Of a stretch of DNA of 64,000 nt, positions 19,952 to 28,834 are shown in pieces. Numbering within the stretch: position 1 is the stretch's first letter; every line of letters begins with the position of its first letter. The stretch lies in NCBI GenBank assembly GCA_043814055.1, contig JBDRKL010000006.1, forward strand, positions 1,679-65,678, written 5' to 3'. The DNA comes from an archaeon. GTDB taxonomy: Archaea > Undinarchaeota > Undinarchaeia > Undinarchaeales > JBDRKL01. A program made the translations under genes and the position numbers. The notes below the pieces were generated by a model. That model ran no database searches, was not told the origin of the DNA, and worked only from the letters and a program-made list of their open reading frames with translations.

Positions 19952-20820
19952 AGCGCTCTCCCAACTGCTTCTGCAACTTTCCTCGCCGAGTGCATCATGC
20001 GCTCAAACTCCTCTGGCAGCAGTGCCTGCGGCCCGTCGCACAGCGCCTTCTCAGGCTCTGTGTGCACTTCAACAATGAGGCCGTCCGCCCCGGCGGCAAT
20101 CGCCGCCATGCACATAGGCACTATGAGCTCTTTCTTCCCGGTTGCATGGCTCGGGTCAACTATCACCGGCAAATGGCTGAGCTTTTTCAGCACAGGCACA
20201 GCGCTCAAGTCAAGCGTGTTCCTCGTTTCAGTCTCAAAAGTCCGTATCCCGCGCTCGCAGAGAATCACGTTTTCATTCCCCTCTGCCATTATGTACTCGG
20301 CAGAGAGCAGCAGTTCCTTCACTGTTGCGTTGAACCCACGCTTTAGCAGGACTGGTTTCCCTGCCTTGCCCACGGCTGTGAGCAGGTCGAAGTTCTGCAT
20401 GTTCCTGCACCCAATCTGCAGGACGTCAGCGCGCCTTGCAACAATGCCCACGTTCTCCGTTGTCATGACCTCTGTGACTATGGGGAGCCCAGTCTCTTTC
20501 TTTGCCTCCTGCAGTATTTTCAAGCCAGCTTCGCCGAGCCCCTGGAAGCTGTAGCACGAAGTGCGGGGCTTGAACGCGCCACCGCGCAGCATCACTGCAC
20601 CAGCCCTCTTGACGGCTCGCGCAGTTCCGAGTGTTTGATTCCTGTTCTCGACTGCGCACGGCCCTGCTACCACTACGACGCGCTCTTCTCCAACCCTAAC
20701 GCCTTCCACGTCCACAACCGTGTTTTCTTCTTTAAACTCCCGACTAACTAGTTTGAACTGTTGCGTTTCATTCACAACTCGCTCAACATGGGATAATTTT
20801 TCTATACTCTCTTTTGTCAT
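19948..20820 (-). CDS. aroF: DAHP synthase type I-beta lacking most of its N-terminal regulatory domain
   Basis: [43 protein letters not shown]. Start at ATG 20820 behind SD GGTGA. Confidence 0.95.
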   Translation of the reverse strand: MTKESIEKLSHVERVVNETQQFKLVSREFKEENTVVDVEGVRVGEERVVVVAGPCAVENRNQTLGTARAVKRAGAVMLRGGAFKPRTSCYSFQGLGEAGLKILQEAKKETGLPIVTEVMTTENVGIVARRADVLQIGCRNMQNFDLLTAVGKAGKPVLLKRGFNATVKELLLSAEYIMAEGNENVILCERGIRTFETETRNTLDLSAVPVLKKLSHLPVIVDPSHATGKKELIVPMCMAAIAAGADGLIVEVHTEPEKALCDGPQALLPEEFERMMHSARKVAEAVGRAL

Positions 20821-20849
20821 TTGAATCACCATAAGTAGAGGGTTCAAAT
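20819..20849 (-). promoter_or_regulatory. Hairpin sequestering the aroF SD and start codon
   Basis: AUUUGAACC…GGUGAUUCAAAU; begins 7 nt after the leader stop. Confidence 0.6.
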
Positions 20850-20856
20850 CCCCTGA

Positions 20857-20919
20857 TTAAAACCCATAGCCAAAGCTAGAGCTTTCTTCTTCAGTTCCAG
20901 TTAGTTTTGCTTTGGTCAT
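20857..20919 (-). CDS. Phe/Tyr-rich leader peptide 1 (MTKAKLTGTEEESSSFGYGF)
   Basis: 20-codon ORF with AGGAGGTGA (20922-20930) and TATATAAAA (20943-20951) upstream; homologous to 13706-13771. Confidence 0.75.
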   Translation of the reverse strand: MTKAKLTGTEEESSSFGYGF

Positions 20920-20944
20920 TTTCACCTCCTATGTGTCCTCCATT

Positions 20945-21739
20945 TTATATATCCTTTCTGAGCAAAAGACCCTGCCTGCACGCGTTTTTCATATCTGCAG
21001 TGAACTTTGCAATTTCGGACAGAGCTTTTTCTTCGTCTGGAATATGCTTCTCGTAAATTCGCCCAATCGCGCTTCCCACAATCGCGCCGTCCGCCCCTGC
21101 TGCGACAACTTCACGCGCATGTTCCGGTTTTGAGATTCCAAATCCTGCCATGAGTGGCAGGTCTGTGCGCGCGCGAATCCTTTTTATGAGCTCAACTGTA
21201 GACTCTGCAACTTTGTCACGAGTTCCTGTAACACCCATCACTGTAACTAGATAGATAAAGCCACTTGCATTTTCAATTGTTTTTTTAAGCCGCTCCCCTT
21301 TCGTGTTCTGCGTTGCGAACAATATCACGTGAAGCCCATGTTTCTGCCCCAGGGCAATCAAATTCCCTGCTTCTTCAAGCGGCAGGTTCGGCACTATGAT
21401 GCCCTGCGCGCCCGCGCTCTTTATGCTTTTGATAAAGTTTTCTTCTCCTGCATGATGTACCACATTGTAATATGTGGTGATAATAACCGGCACTTTGATT
21501 CCAGCGCTTCTCACCTTCCGTATACCCTCAATGCACTTTGACGGAGTCGTCCCAGCATCAAGCGCCCGCTTGCAAGCGTCCTGGAAAACCGGGCCATCGC
21601 TAGTCGGATCTGAGAACGGAATTCCAAACTCTATCAAATCGGCTCCGTTCTCAACGAGCGTTTTTATCTGCGCAAGCGAGAACTCCTCAGAAGGGTATCC
21701 ATAGTACACATGCGCCATGAGCGCGCCTTTATGTATCAT
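20945..21739 (-). CDS. trpA: Tryptophan synthase alpha chain
   Basis: [42 protein letters not shown]. Confidence 0.97.
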   Translation of the reverse strand: MIHKGALMAHVYYGYPSEEFSLAQIKTLVENGADLIEFGIPFSDPTSDGPVFQDACKRALDAGTTPSKCIEGIRKVRSAGIKVPVIITTYYNVVHHAGEENFIKSIKSAGAQGIIVPNLPLEEAGNLIALGQKHGLHVILFATQNTKGERLKKTIENASGFIYLVTVMGVTGTRDKVAESTVELIKRIRARTDLPLMAGFGISKPEHAREVVAAGADGAIVGSAIGRIYEKHIPDEEKALSEIAKFTADMKNACRQGLLLRKDI

Positions 21740-22883
21740 CGTAATCCCTCACTATGTCCAGGTCCTTGTCGCCTCTTCCTGAAAGGCAGACCACAACCAA
21801 ATCTTCTTTCTCAAATTTCTCTTTCAGGACTTGTGCAATTGCGTGCGAGCTCTCTATCGCTGGCAATATGCCTTCCAGCCTGCACAACTTCCTAAACGCT
21901 TTAACTGCCTCTGCATCAGTCACTGCCTCAACCCTGCACCTTCCAGTCTTTGCGTAATGGGCAAGCTGCGGCCCAATTCCCGGGTAGTCCAAGCCAGGTG
22001 CTATGGAATGCGCGTCCTTTATCATCCCTTCTTTGCTCTGCAAGAACTTTGACTTCATTCCATGCAGAACCCCGTCTTCCCCGGCGCGCATGACCGCGCC
22101 GTGCTCTCCGCTTTCAATGCCTTTGCCCCCTGCCTCGCACGCAACAAACTCCACGTTGTCTTTTTCAAACGGATAGAACAAGCCCATTGCATTGCTGCCC
22201 CCGCCTGCGCACGCGAAGAGGCGGGTTGGCAGCCTGCCCTCTTTTTCCAAAATCTGCGCCCTCGCCTCTTTTCCTATCACAGACTGGAAATCCCGCACCA
22301 TCATAGGATATGGGTGCGGGCCAACCACTGTCCCGATAAGATAGTGCGTGTATTCTGAACTTGCCGCATAATCGCGCAGCGCCTCGTTTATCGCGTCTTT
22401 CAAGGTTCGCGACCCTGCATCAACTGGAACCACTTTTGCGCCGAGCAGCTCCATTCTGTGCACGTTCATGCTCTGCCGCTCCACATCCTTGCTACCCATG
22501 TAAACATCGCACTCCATTCCAAAGAACGCTGCAGCTGTTGCAGTCGCAACCCCGTGCTGCCCTGCCCCGGTCTCAGCTATGAGCCTGGTCTTCCCCATTT
22601 TCTTTGCAAGAAGCCCCTGCGCCATCACATTGTTTATCTTATGTGCTCCGGTGTGGTTCAGGTCCTCGCGCTTCAGGTACACTTTGCATCCAACCTCCTC
22701 ACTCAGCGCTTTTGCGTGATAGAGCGGCGAGGGTCTGCCAACGTATTCCTTCAGGCAGAGCTCAAGCTCTTGCTTGAATTCCCTGCTCGTTGAGTGCTTC
22801 AGGTAAGCCTGCTCCAGCTCTTTCATGACTGGTATGAGAAGTTCGCTCACATACTGCCCGCCGTATTCCCCATACCTAGCCAT
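21729..22883 (-). CDS. trpB: Tryptophan synthase beta chain (TrpB1)
   Basis: [45 protein letters not shown]. Confidence 0.98.
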   Translation of the reverse strand: MARYGEYGGQYVSELLIPVMKELEQAYLKHSTSREFKQELELCLKEYVGRPSPLYHAKALSEEVGCKVYLKREDLNHTGAHKINNVMAQGLLAKKMGKTRLIAETGAGQHGVATATAAAFFGMECDVYMGSKDVERQSMNVHRMELLGAKVVPVDAGSRTLKDAINEALRDYAASSEYTHYLIGTVVGPHPYPMMVRDFQSVIGKEARAQILEKEGRLPTRLFACAGGGSNAMGLFYPFEKDNVEFVACEAGGKGIESGEHGAVMRAGEDGVLHGMKSKFLQSKEGMIKDAHSIAPGLDYPGIGPQLAHYAKTGRCRVEAVTDAEAVKAFRKLCRLEGILPAIESSHAIAQVLKEKFEKEDLVVVCLSGRGDKDLDIVRDYDDT

Positions 22884-23628
22884 TGGACCCACCCTTAAGT
22901 TCGCGTATTTTCCCGCCGATATCCTTCGCAGTCCAAAGCGCAGTTCCAACAAGTATGCCACTCACCCCTGCTTTTTTTACAAGCTCCACATCCCGCCGGG
23001 ATTTTATCCCGCTCTCGCTTACCACTGGCTGTTTGACATCATCAAACGCGCTGAGTATTTTTTCAGTCTGCGTTACGTCAACACTCAAGGTCTGCAGATC
23101 CCTGTTATTTATTCCCAGGACATCTGCCCCAGTTCCAAGTGCTTTTTTAAACTCAGCTTCATCGTAGCTCTCAAGAAGCACTTCTAGGTCATTCTTGTGC
23201 GCAGTGTCAATAAGCGAACCCAAGTCAAGCCCAAGCCGCTCGGCAACCTTCACAACCAGAAGAATTGCATCTGCTCCAAATCTCTTTGCAGCCTTTATCT
23301 GCTCTTCACAGATCACAAAATCCTTGAAAAGCACGGGCAGCCCTGCTTTCTTCGCAGCTGAAACATTCTCAAGCTTTCCCTTGAATATCTGTGGTTCAAC
23401 CACAACCGAAATCGCGTCAGCCCCACTTTGCCTGAACAAGTGCGCGGTTTTCTCCACGTTAATGTTCTTAAACGAGTACTCCTCTGCAGGCGAGGCATGC
23501 TTTATCTCCGCAATCAGGCTAAAGCCCTGCGACTCAAGTTTTTCCTTCAATGAAACTTTTCCTGCTCCATAGTAGCCGCTCCCCACATTCTCCCTGGCTT
23601 TTTCAATAAATTCATCAAGTATGTCCAT
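22876..23628 (-). CDS. trpC: Indole-3-glycerol phosphate synthase
   Basis: [28 protein letters not shown]. Confidence 0.96.
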   Translation of the reverse strand: MDILDEFIEKARENVGSGYYGAGKVSLKEKLESQGFSLIAEIKHASPAEEYSFKNINVEKTAHLFRQSGADAISVVVEPQIFKGKLENVSAAKKAGLPVLFKDFVICEEQIKAAKRFGADAILLVVKVAERLGLDLGSLIDTAHKNDLEVLLESYDEAEFKKALGTGADVLGINNRDLQTLSVDVTQTEKILSAFDDVKQPVVSESGIKSRRDVELVKKAGVSGILVGTALWTAKDIGGKIRELKGGSNG

Positions 23629-24610
23629 CTGCCTCAAACCTCCTGAGCAAGTTGAGCTTTTCAAGGGCCTTGCCGCTGTCTATGGAGTTCTCTGCAAGCC
23701 CAACTCCTTCTTTTATTGTCTCCGCTCTCCCCCCAACATAAATCGTAGTAGCTGCGTTCAAAACCACAATGTCGCGCTCCGGCCCTTTTGCGCCTTTCAG
23801 AATTCTCAAAATAGTTTCTGCACTTGATTCAGACTCCTGGATGTCCTTATTTTTAAAACCCAACTCGCCAGCATCCAAAAAGTACGTTTCAATTTGCCCG
23901 TTCTTCAGCTCAGAAACTTTTGTCTTTCCAAGCCCGAGCTCGTCCATGCCCTCTGAGTGCACCACGAGCGCGTGCCTTGTTCCAAGCCCTCTCAAAACCT
24001 CTGCAAGCGTTTCAGTAAGCCCAGGGTCAAACACCCCGAGCACCTGTGCCCCAGCGTTGGCTGGATTCGTCAAGGGCCCAAGCAAGTTGAATACTGTGCG
24101 AATGCCAAGCTCTTTCCTGACCGGCAGGGCATGCTTCATCGCAGGGTGAAAATTCGGCGCAAACATAAACCCGATTCCAATTTGCTCTATGCAACGCTCA
24201 ACCTGCTGTGGTTCCAAATCCAGATTAACCCCAAGCTCTTCAAGCACGTCCGCGCTCCCGCACTTTGAAGTAACAGACAGATTCCCGTGCTTTGCAATTT
24301 TAACCCCTGCCCCAGCTGCCACAAAAGCCGCGGCAGTGCTTACATTGAAAGTCTTTTTAGAATCCCCGCCTGTGCCGCAAGTGTCGACTAGAGTCCCTTT
24401 TGGATTTATGTGCTCGCAGAACTTCCTCATCACTTTTGCAAATGCTATGATTTCCATAGTTGTCTCTCCTTTAACCCTCAAAGCAGTGAGCAGCGCTGCA
24501 ATTTGAGCAGGGGTTGCAGTTCCGTTCATTATTTCTTTCATAGCGCCCTCTGCCAATTCCGAAGACAGCTCTTTCCTTTCTACAACCAACTTAATCGCTT
24601 CTCTAATCAT
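23615..24610 (-). CDS. trpD: Anthranilate phosphoribosyltransferase
   Basis: DTCGTGGD, NVST, KHGN, GSADVLE, RTVFNLLGPLTNP. Confidence 0.97.
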   Translation of the reverse strand: MIREAIKLVVERKELSSELAEGAMKEIMNGTATPAQIAALLTALRVKGETTMEIIAFAKVMRKFCEHINPKGTLVDTCGTGGDSKKTFNVSTAAAFVAAGAGVKIAKHGNLSVTSKCGSADVLEELGVNLDLEPQQVERCIEQIGIGFMFAPNFHPAMKHALPVRKELGIRTVFNLLGPLTNPANAGAQVLGVFDPGLTETLAEVLRGLGTRHALVVHSEGMDELGLGKTKVSELKNGQIETYFLDAGELGFKNKDIQESESSAETILRILKGAKGPERDIVVLNAATTIYVGGRAETIKEGVGLAENSIDSGKALEKLNLLRRFEADGHT

Positions 24611-25181
24611 TGCAGGCCTCCACAAAATTCTTAACAATCTCCATTCCTTCTTCAGTCCCGATGGACTCGGGGTGAAACTGCACACCGTAAATCGGAAGCT
24701 TTCGGTGCTGGACTGCGAAGACTTCTTTCTCTTTTGTCCTTGCAGTTATCTTCAACTCTTTTGGAAAATTCTCCTCTGAAGCAATAAGGGAATGGTACCT
24801 CATGACCTCAAGTGGGTTTTTGACACCTTTGAAAATTCCCCTTCTATCATGTTCAATCACGCTTTCCTTTCCGTGCATCACTTCTTTGGAAAGAACTATT
24901 TTTCCTCCAAAAGCATGCACTATGCCCTGATGCCCCAGGCAAACCCCGAGTATCGGTTTTTTGATTTTCTTTATCACATCTCCGCATACCCCGAAGTCTC
25001 TCGGGTTCTCCACGCTCCCGGGTCCAGGTGATATCACAATACCTGTTGGGTTGAGTTCTTCAATCTCGCTCAGCGAAACCTTATCGTTCCTATACACAAC
25101 TGGCTCTGCCCCACACTCTCCCAGGTACTGCACCAGGTTGTACACGAATGAATCATAATTGTCCAAAACCAGGATTTTCAT
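24603..25181 (-). CDS. trpG: Anthranilate synthase component II
   Basis: DNYDSFVYNL, SPGPG, GVCLGHQ, RYHSL, QFHPES. Confidence 0.97.
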   Translation of the reverse strand: MKILVLDNYDSFVYNLVQYLGECGAEPVVYRNDKVSLSEIEELNPTGIVISPGPGSVENPRDFGVCGDVIKKIKKPILGVCLGHQGIVHAFGGKIVLSKEVMHGKESVIEHDRRGIFKGVKNPLEVMRYHSLIASEENFPKELKITARTKEKEVFAVQHRKLPIYGVQFHPESIGTEEGMEIVKNFVEACND

Positions 25182-26491
25182 TGCAGCGCCTCCACCAATG
25201 CATCCGCCTTGTGCCTGCACTCCTCGTGCTCTTGTTCAGGGTCTGAATCCATCACAATGCCCGCACCTGCCTGAATCCTGTAAACATTATCCTGAATTAT
25301 CGCAGTCCGTATGGCAATCGCAAAATCCATATTCCCGTTCGCAGAGAAATAGCCAACACACCCTCCGTACGGCCCGCGCTTGGTGTTTTCAAGCTCATCA
25401 ATAATCTCCATGGCCCGCACCTTTGGGGCTCCTGTCAAAGTCCCAGCAGGGAAAGTTGCTTTGAACCCATCGAACACGTCTTTGCCCTTCCTCAGTTCTC
25501 CTGTGACTCTTGAAACAATATGCTGCACATGGCTGTACTTCTCAACATTTTTGTACTCCGGCACTTCAACTGTTCCGAATTTTGCAACTTTCCCAATGTC
25601 ATTCCTGCCCAAATCAACAAGCATAATGTGCTCTGCGTTCTCCTTTGGGTCTGCAAGCAGTTCCTTCGCGAGCTTTGCATCTTCCTCTTCAGTTTTGCCC
25701 CGCGGTCTTGTGCCTGCAATTGGGTTCGTCTCAATCTTGTTCTCTGACACCCTTACCAAGGACTCCGGGCTCGCCCCTACAATCTTTGTGTCAAAGTCCA
25801 GATAGAACATGTAGTTCGACGGGTTTATCGAGCGCAAGCGCGCATAGAAAACCAGCGGGTCTAGCTCTGACTCAACATCAAACCGCTGCGATAAAACCAC
25901 CTGGAATATCTCACCCTGCCTCAGCCTTTCCTTTGCAATACCCACGTTCTGCTCAAACTGCTCTTTTGTGCTGTTCGATTTGATGCTCCCAACCTTTGCC
26001 CCGTTCTCTACTAGAACCTCTTTGCCCAAAACTTTCTCAACTTCCTCCGCCCTGTACTTCCCAAAGCTAAAGTAGTACGCGCAGTTCGCAAACCTGTCAA
26101 TCACAACTCCTTCCTTGTAAAGCCCGAATTTCATATCAGGCAGGTTCAAATCGTCTTTGCAATTGTCGGGAATTTCTTCAATATACCGTATAGCATCATA
26201 CCCAACATACCCAACCAATCCGCCCGCGTACGGCAGCTTTGACTCGCAGCGGTTAGCATTTGAAATTTCTTTCAGAAACTCAAATGGATTTTCAATGTTC
26301 TGCTCCTTTCCATTGACGCGCGCCACGCCATTCTTAATCTCAATCAAAAGCTCGGGGTCAAATCCCAAAAAGGAGTAGCGGTTCAATCGGAACTTGCCGG
26401 GCGTCGCGCTCTCCAACAGGAAGCAATTTTTATATTCAGTTCTGAGGGCTGCTATGCAGTGCAGCGGGTCTCTTTGCTGAAGCTTCGCCAT
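25178..26491 (-). CDS. trpE: Anthranilate synthase component I
   Basis: FLLES, GEIFQVVLS, PIAGTRPR, EHIMLVDLGRND, PAGTLTGAPK, QAGAGIV. Confidence 0.97.
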   Translation of the reverse strand: MAKLQQRDPLHCIAALRTEYKNCFLLESATPGKFRLNRYSFLGFDPELLIEIKNGVARVNGKEQNIENPFEFLKEISNANRCESKLPYAGGLVGYVGYDAIRYIEEIPDNCKDDLNLPDMKFGLYKEGVVIDRFANCAYYFSFGKYRAEEVEKVLGKEVLVENGAKVGSIKSNSTKEQFEQNVGIAKERLRQGEIFQVVLSQRFDVESELDPLVFYARLRSINPSNYMFYLDFDTKIVGASPESLVRVSENKIETNPIAGTRPRGKTEEEDAKLAKELLADPKENAEHIMLVDLGRNDIGKVAKFGTVEVPEYKNVEKYSHVQHIVSRVTGELRKGKDVFDGFKATFPAGTLTGAPKVRAMEIIDELENTKRGPYGGCVGYFSANGNMDFAIAIRTAIIQDNVYRIQAGAGIVMDSDPEQEHEECRHKADALVEALQ

Positions 26492-26534
26492 TGGAATGGC
26501 ATCGCCTTATGTTCCATTTTAATCTCAAACTTAG

Positions 26535-26577
26535 TGTACAATGTACTATATATGACTTTGTAGTTCAGAAGTGTACA
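26535..26577 (-). promoter_or_regulatory. trpE promoter flanked by TRP boxes (TrpY operators)
   Basis: TGTACA at 26535-26540 and 26572-26577, TGTACT at 26542-26547, TATATA at 26547-26552. TGTACA is the TrpY TRP box described in Methanothermobacter. Confidence 0.8.
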
Positions 26578-27078
26578 TTAATAGATGGTTACGCCCTTAA
26601 CTCCCTTTGATTTCCTCAATTTCTGTATAAGCGAGCTCGGCACTTGCCTTTCACAAATCACAAGCAAGCGCGCGTCCTCTGCAAACTCAGGGTCATCGCT
26701 CACCGCCTGCCGTATGCTTATCCCCGCATCAGCTATAATCTTTGAAACTCCTGCAAGTATCCCTGTGCCTGAAGCATCATCCGGAACAATCTCAACCACG
26801 CTCCAGCCCATCTTCTCTGCAACATCCTTGAAATAAGCTGCAGGGTGCAGGTTTTCAAAAACCTTTTTGAGCTCGGCGGTCTTTTCAATGGTCTGCACAG
26901 ATGCATTGACCACGCGACGGTCAACTCCAAGAGCTCGTGCAATCCTGAGCGCAGGTATCTCAATATTCTCGCAATAAACTTTCCCTTTCTTTACGCTGAG
27001 GCCGTATTGAAGCATCAGAGCCGCGACTTTCTCCTGCGCGGGGAATTCCTTAAAATGCTCCTTTAGTGCAGACCACAT
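26578..27078 (-). CDS. trpY: TrpY-like tryptophan-responsive regulator (HTH plus ACT, COG2150)
   Basis: MW start, FPAQEKVA, IARALGVDRRVV, ACT domain GILAGVSKIIADAGISIRQAVSDDPE; adjacent to trpE and TRP boxes. Confidence 0.88.
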   Translation of the reverse strand: MWSALKEHFKEFPAQEKVAALMLQYGLSVKKGKVYCENIEIPALRIARALGVDRRVVNASVQTIEKTAELKKVFENLHPAAYFKDVAEKMGWSVVEIVPDDASGTGILAGVSKIIADAGISIRQAVSDDPEFAEDARLLVICERQVPSSLIQKLRKSKGVKGVTIY

Positions 27079-27113
27079 AAGTGTGCATTGGTGTTACCTT
27101 TATAAAACTCTTT

Positions 27114-28370
27114 CTAAATAAAACTCCAAACCAAAACAATAAGCAGCGCAACAGGCGCAATATACTTTATCACAACCTCAAACGCCTTGCGCATCTTAAT
27201 TCCTGCCTCTTTGCTCAGCTTCTCAGCTCCGTACACATAACTCAAGCTCATACACGTGAAGAAACCAATCAGCGGCAGCATCACAGTTCCTGCAAAGTGG
27301 TTGAACATTTCAAATGCCTCCATTGAAAGCGCGCTCGGCACCCCAATCGCAAAGAGTATTACAGATACAATGCCAACCATTTTTCCCCTCGTCATATTCC
27401 ACTTCTCTCCAATGCTTGCCACGAAAGTTTCAACTCCTGAAATCACTGAAGTAATCCCTGCGAAGAACAGGAGCAGAAAAAACGCGAGCGCGAAGTAAGT
27501 TCCATAAGCCATCTGGCTGAACACGTGCGGCAGGGAAATGAACGCGAGCCCCGGGCCCTCTGCAGGTGCAATGCCGAACGCGAACACAATCGGGAATATA
27601 ATCAAGCACGCAAGCAAGCTGATGCTGAAATCACCAAGGGAGACAATCACGGAATCGCGTGCAATATTCTCCTTCCTGTTCAAGTAGCTTCCATAGGTCA
27701 TCAAAATACCCAAGCTCAAGCCGAGTGAAAAGAATATCTGACCGAGCGCAACAAGTATGATGTGGCCGTTTATCACTGCGTTGCTTGGGTCAAGGAAAGT
27801 TGCCAGCCCTGCAAACGCTCCTGGCAATGTTAAAGATCTTGCAACCAATATGAGCATCAGAACCACGAGCATTGGAATCAAAATCTTCGCGCTCCTCTCA
27901 ATCCCTTTTCGCACTCCGTGGTACACAATCACGCCTGCGAAGACAAGAACAGCCACCTGAAATATCAAAACACTTGGAGTTGCGGTGAAATTGCTGAACG
28001 CAGAGCTTGGGTCGCTCACGCCTCCAAACAAATAAATCGTAAAATATCTCAACACCCACGCAACAACGATTATGTAAAACGAAAGAACTGCCATTGAATT
28101 GATAATTATCACATACCCAAGCTTCTTTGACTTGCCCCTGAGTGTTTCAAAAGCTGTGATTGGGCTCTTCCCTGTTCTCCTGCCAAAGCTGAGCTCCATA
28201 ATCATAAGCGGAACTCCGATGAGGAAAAGCGCGATTATGTAAACAAAAAGAAATCCAGCCCCGTTCTCTCCAAGGAGATACGGAAATCTCCAAATATTGC
28301 CAATTCCGACCGCCCCCCCTATAGCTGCAAAAATAAATCCCCAGTGCGTCTTCCAGGTCTCCTTAATCAT
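27114..28370 (-). CDS. Sodium:neurotransmitter symporter (NSS) family amino acid transporter
   Basis: GGAVGIGNIWRFPY, GQIFFSLGL, GPGLAF. Confidence 0.93.
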   Translation of the reverse strand: MIKETWKTHWGFIFAAIGGAVGIGNIWRFPYLLGENGAGFLFVYIIALFLIGVPLMIMELSFGRRTGKSPITAFETLRGKSKKLGYVIIINSMAVLSFYIIVVAWVLRYFTIYLFGGVSDPSSAFSNFTATPSVLIFQVAVLVFAGVIVYHGVRKGIERSAKILIPMLVVLMLILVARSLTLPGAFAGLATFLDPSNAVINGHIILVALGQIFFSLGLSLGILMTYGSYLNRKENIARDSVIVSLGDFSISLLACLIIFPIVFAFGIAPAEGPGLAFISLPHVFSQMAYGTYFALAFFLLLFFAGITSVISGVETFVASIGEKWNMTRGKMVGIVSVILFAIGVPSALSMEAFEMFNHFAGTVMLPLIGFFTCMSLSYVYGAEKLSKEAGIKMRKAFEVVIKYIAPVALLIVLVWSFI

Positions 28371-28372
28371 TT

Positions 28373-28831
28373 TTAGTACGGATTCTCCTCGTACCTAAGC
28401 TCAAGGGACTCGCCATATTGCACTGCGTATTCGCCTGGCTCCTTAAAGTTCAAGCCGCCATTTGTGTAAAATACCCAAATGTGCGTTTCGTTGTTCGTCG
28501 CGCTGTACCCCTGCGCAGAAACGCTCCTAATCTCAAGAGTTCCAATGTCTGTAATCTTTTGGTCAACCACTGCAATCTTGTTGAACGCGTCCTCTGCTGT
28601 CTGCCCATCAGTTAGGTTTACAATCTCAGTCACAACCTCATAGTCGCTGAAGCTTACTGAAGCTCTTACTTGAATGCCTGCATCTTCCTGCGGCTCGGCA
28701 GTTTCCCCTGTCAAGTACGGAATAATATAAGCGAGACCGCTCACTACCAGTATTATAACGAGAATCAAGCCACACATTCCCCCTGGCTTCTTCAGTTTCT
28801 TGAATTTTCTTGATTTGCCTTTTTTTGTCAT
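28373..28831 (-). CDS. Membrane-anchored DUF4430-like protein
   Basis: N-terminal TM; 'WVFYTNG…GEYAVQYGESLELRY' ending. Confidence 0.65.
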   Translation of the reverse strand: MTKKGKSRKFKKLKKPGGMCGLILVIILVVSGLAYIIPYLTGETAEPQEDAGIQVRASVSFSDYEVVTEIVNLTDGQTAEDAFNKIAVVDQKITDIGTLEIRSVSAQGYSATNNETHIWVFYTNGGLNFKEPGEYAVQYGESLELRYEENPY

Positions 28832-28834
28832 TAT

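Noticed and set aside
12152-20554. Long plus-strand ORFs antisense to the aro genes (e.g. 15910-17100, 14978-15688, 12152-12910)
   Set aside because: Antisense shadows of clearly identifiable enzymes; Ser/Pro-rich with no motifs.
20841-20856. GGGTTCAAATCCC resembling a tRNA T-arm
   Set aside because: No acceptor stem, D-arm or anticodon arm around it; on the coding strand it is explained as part of the leader hairpins.
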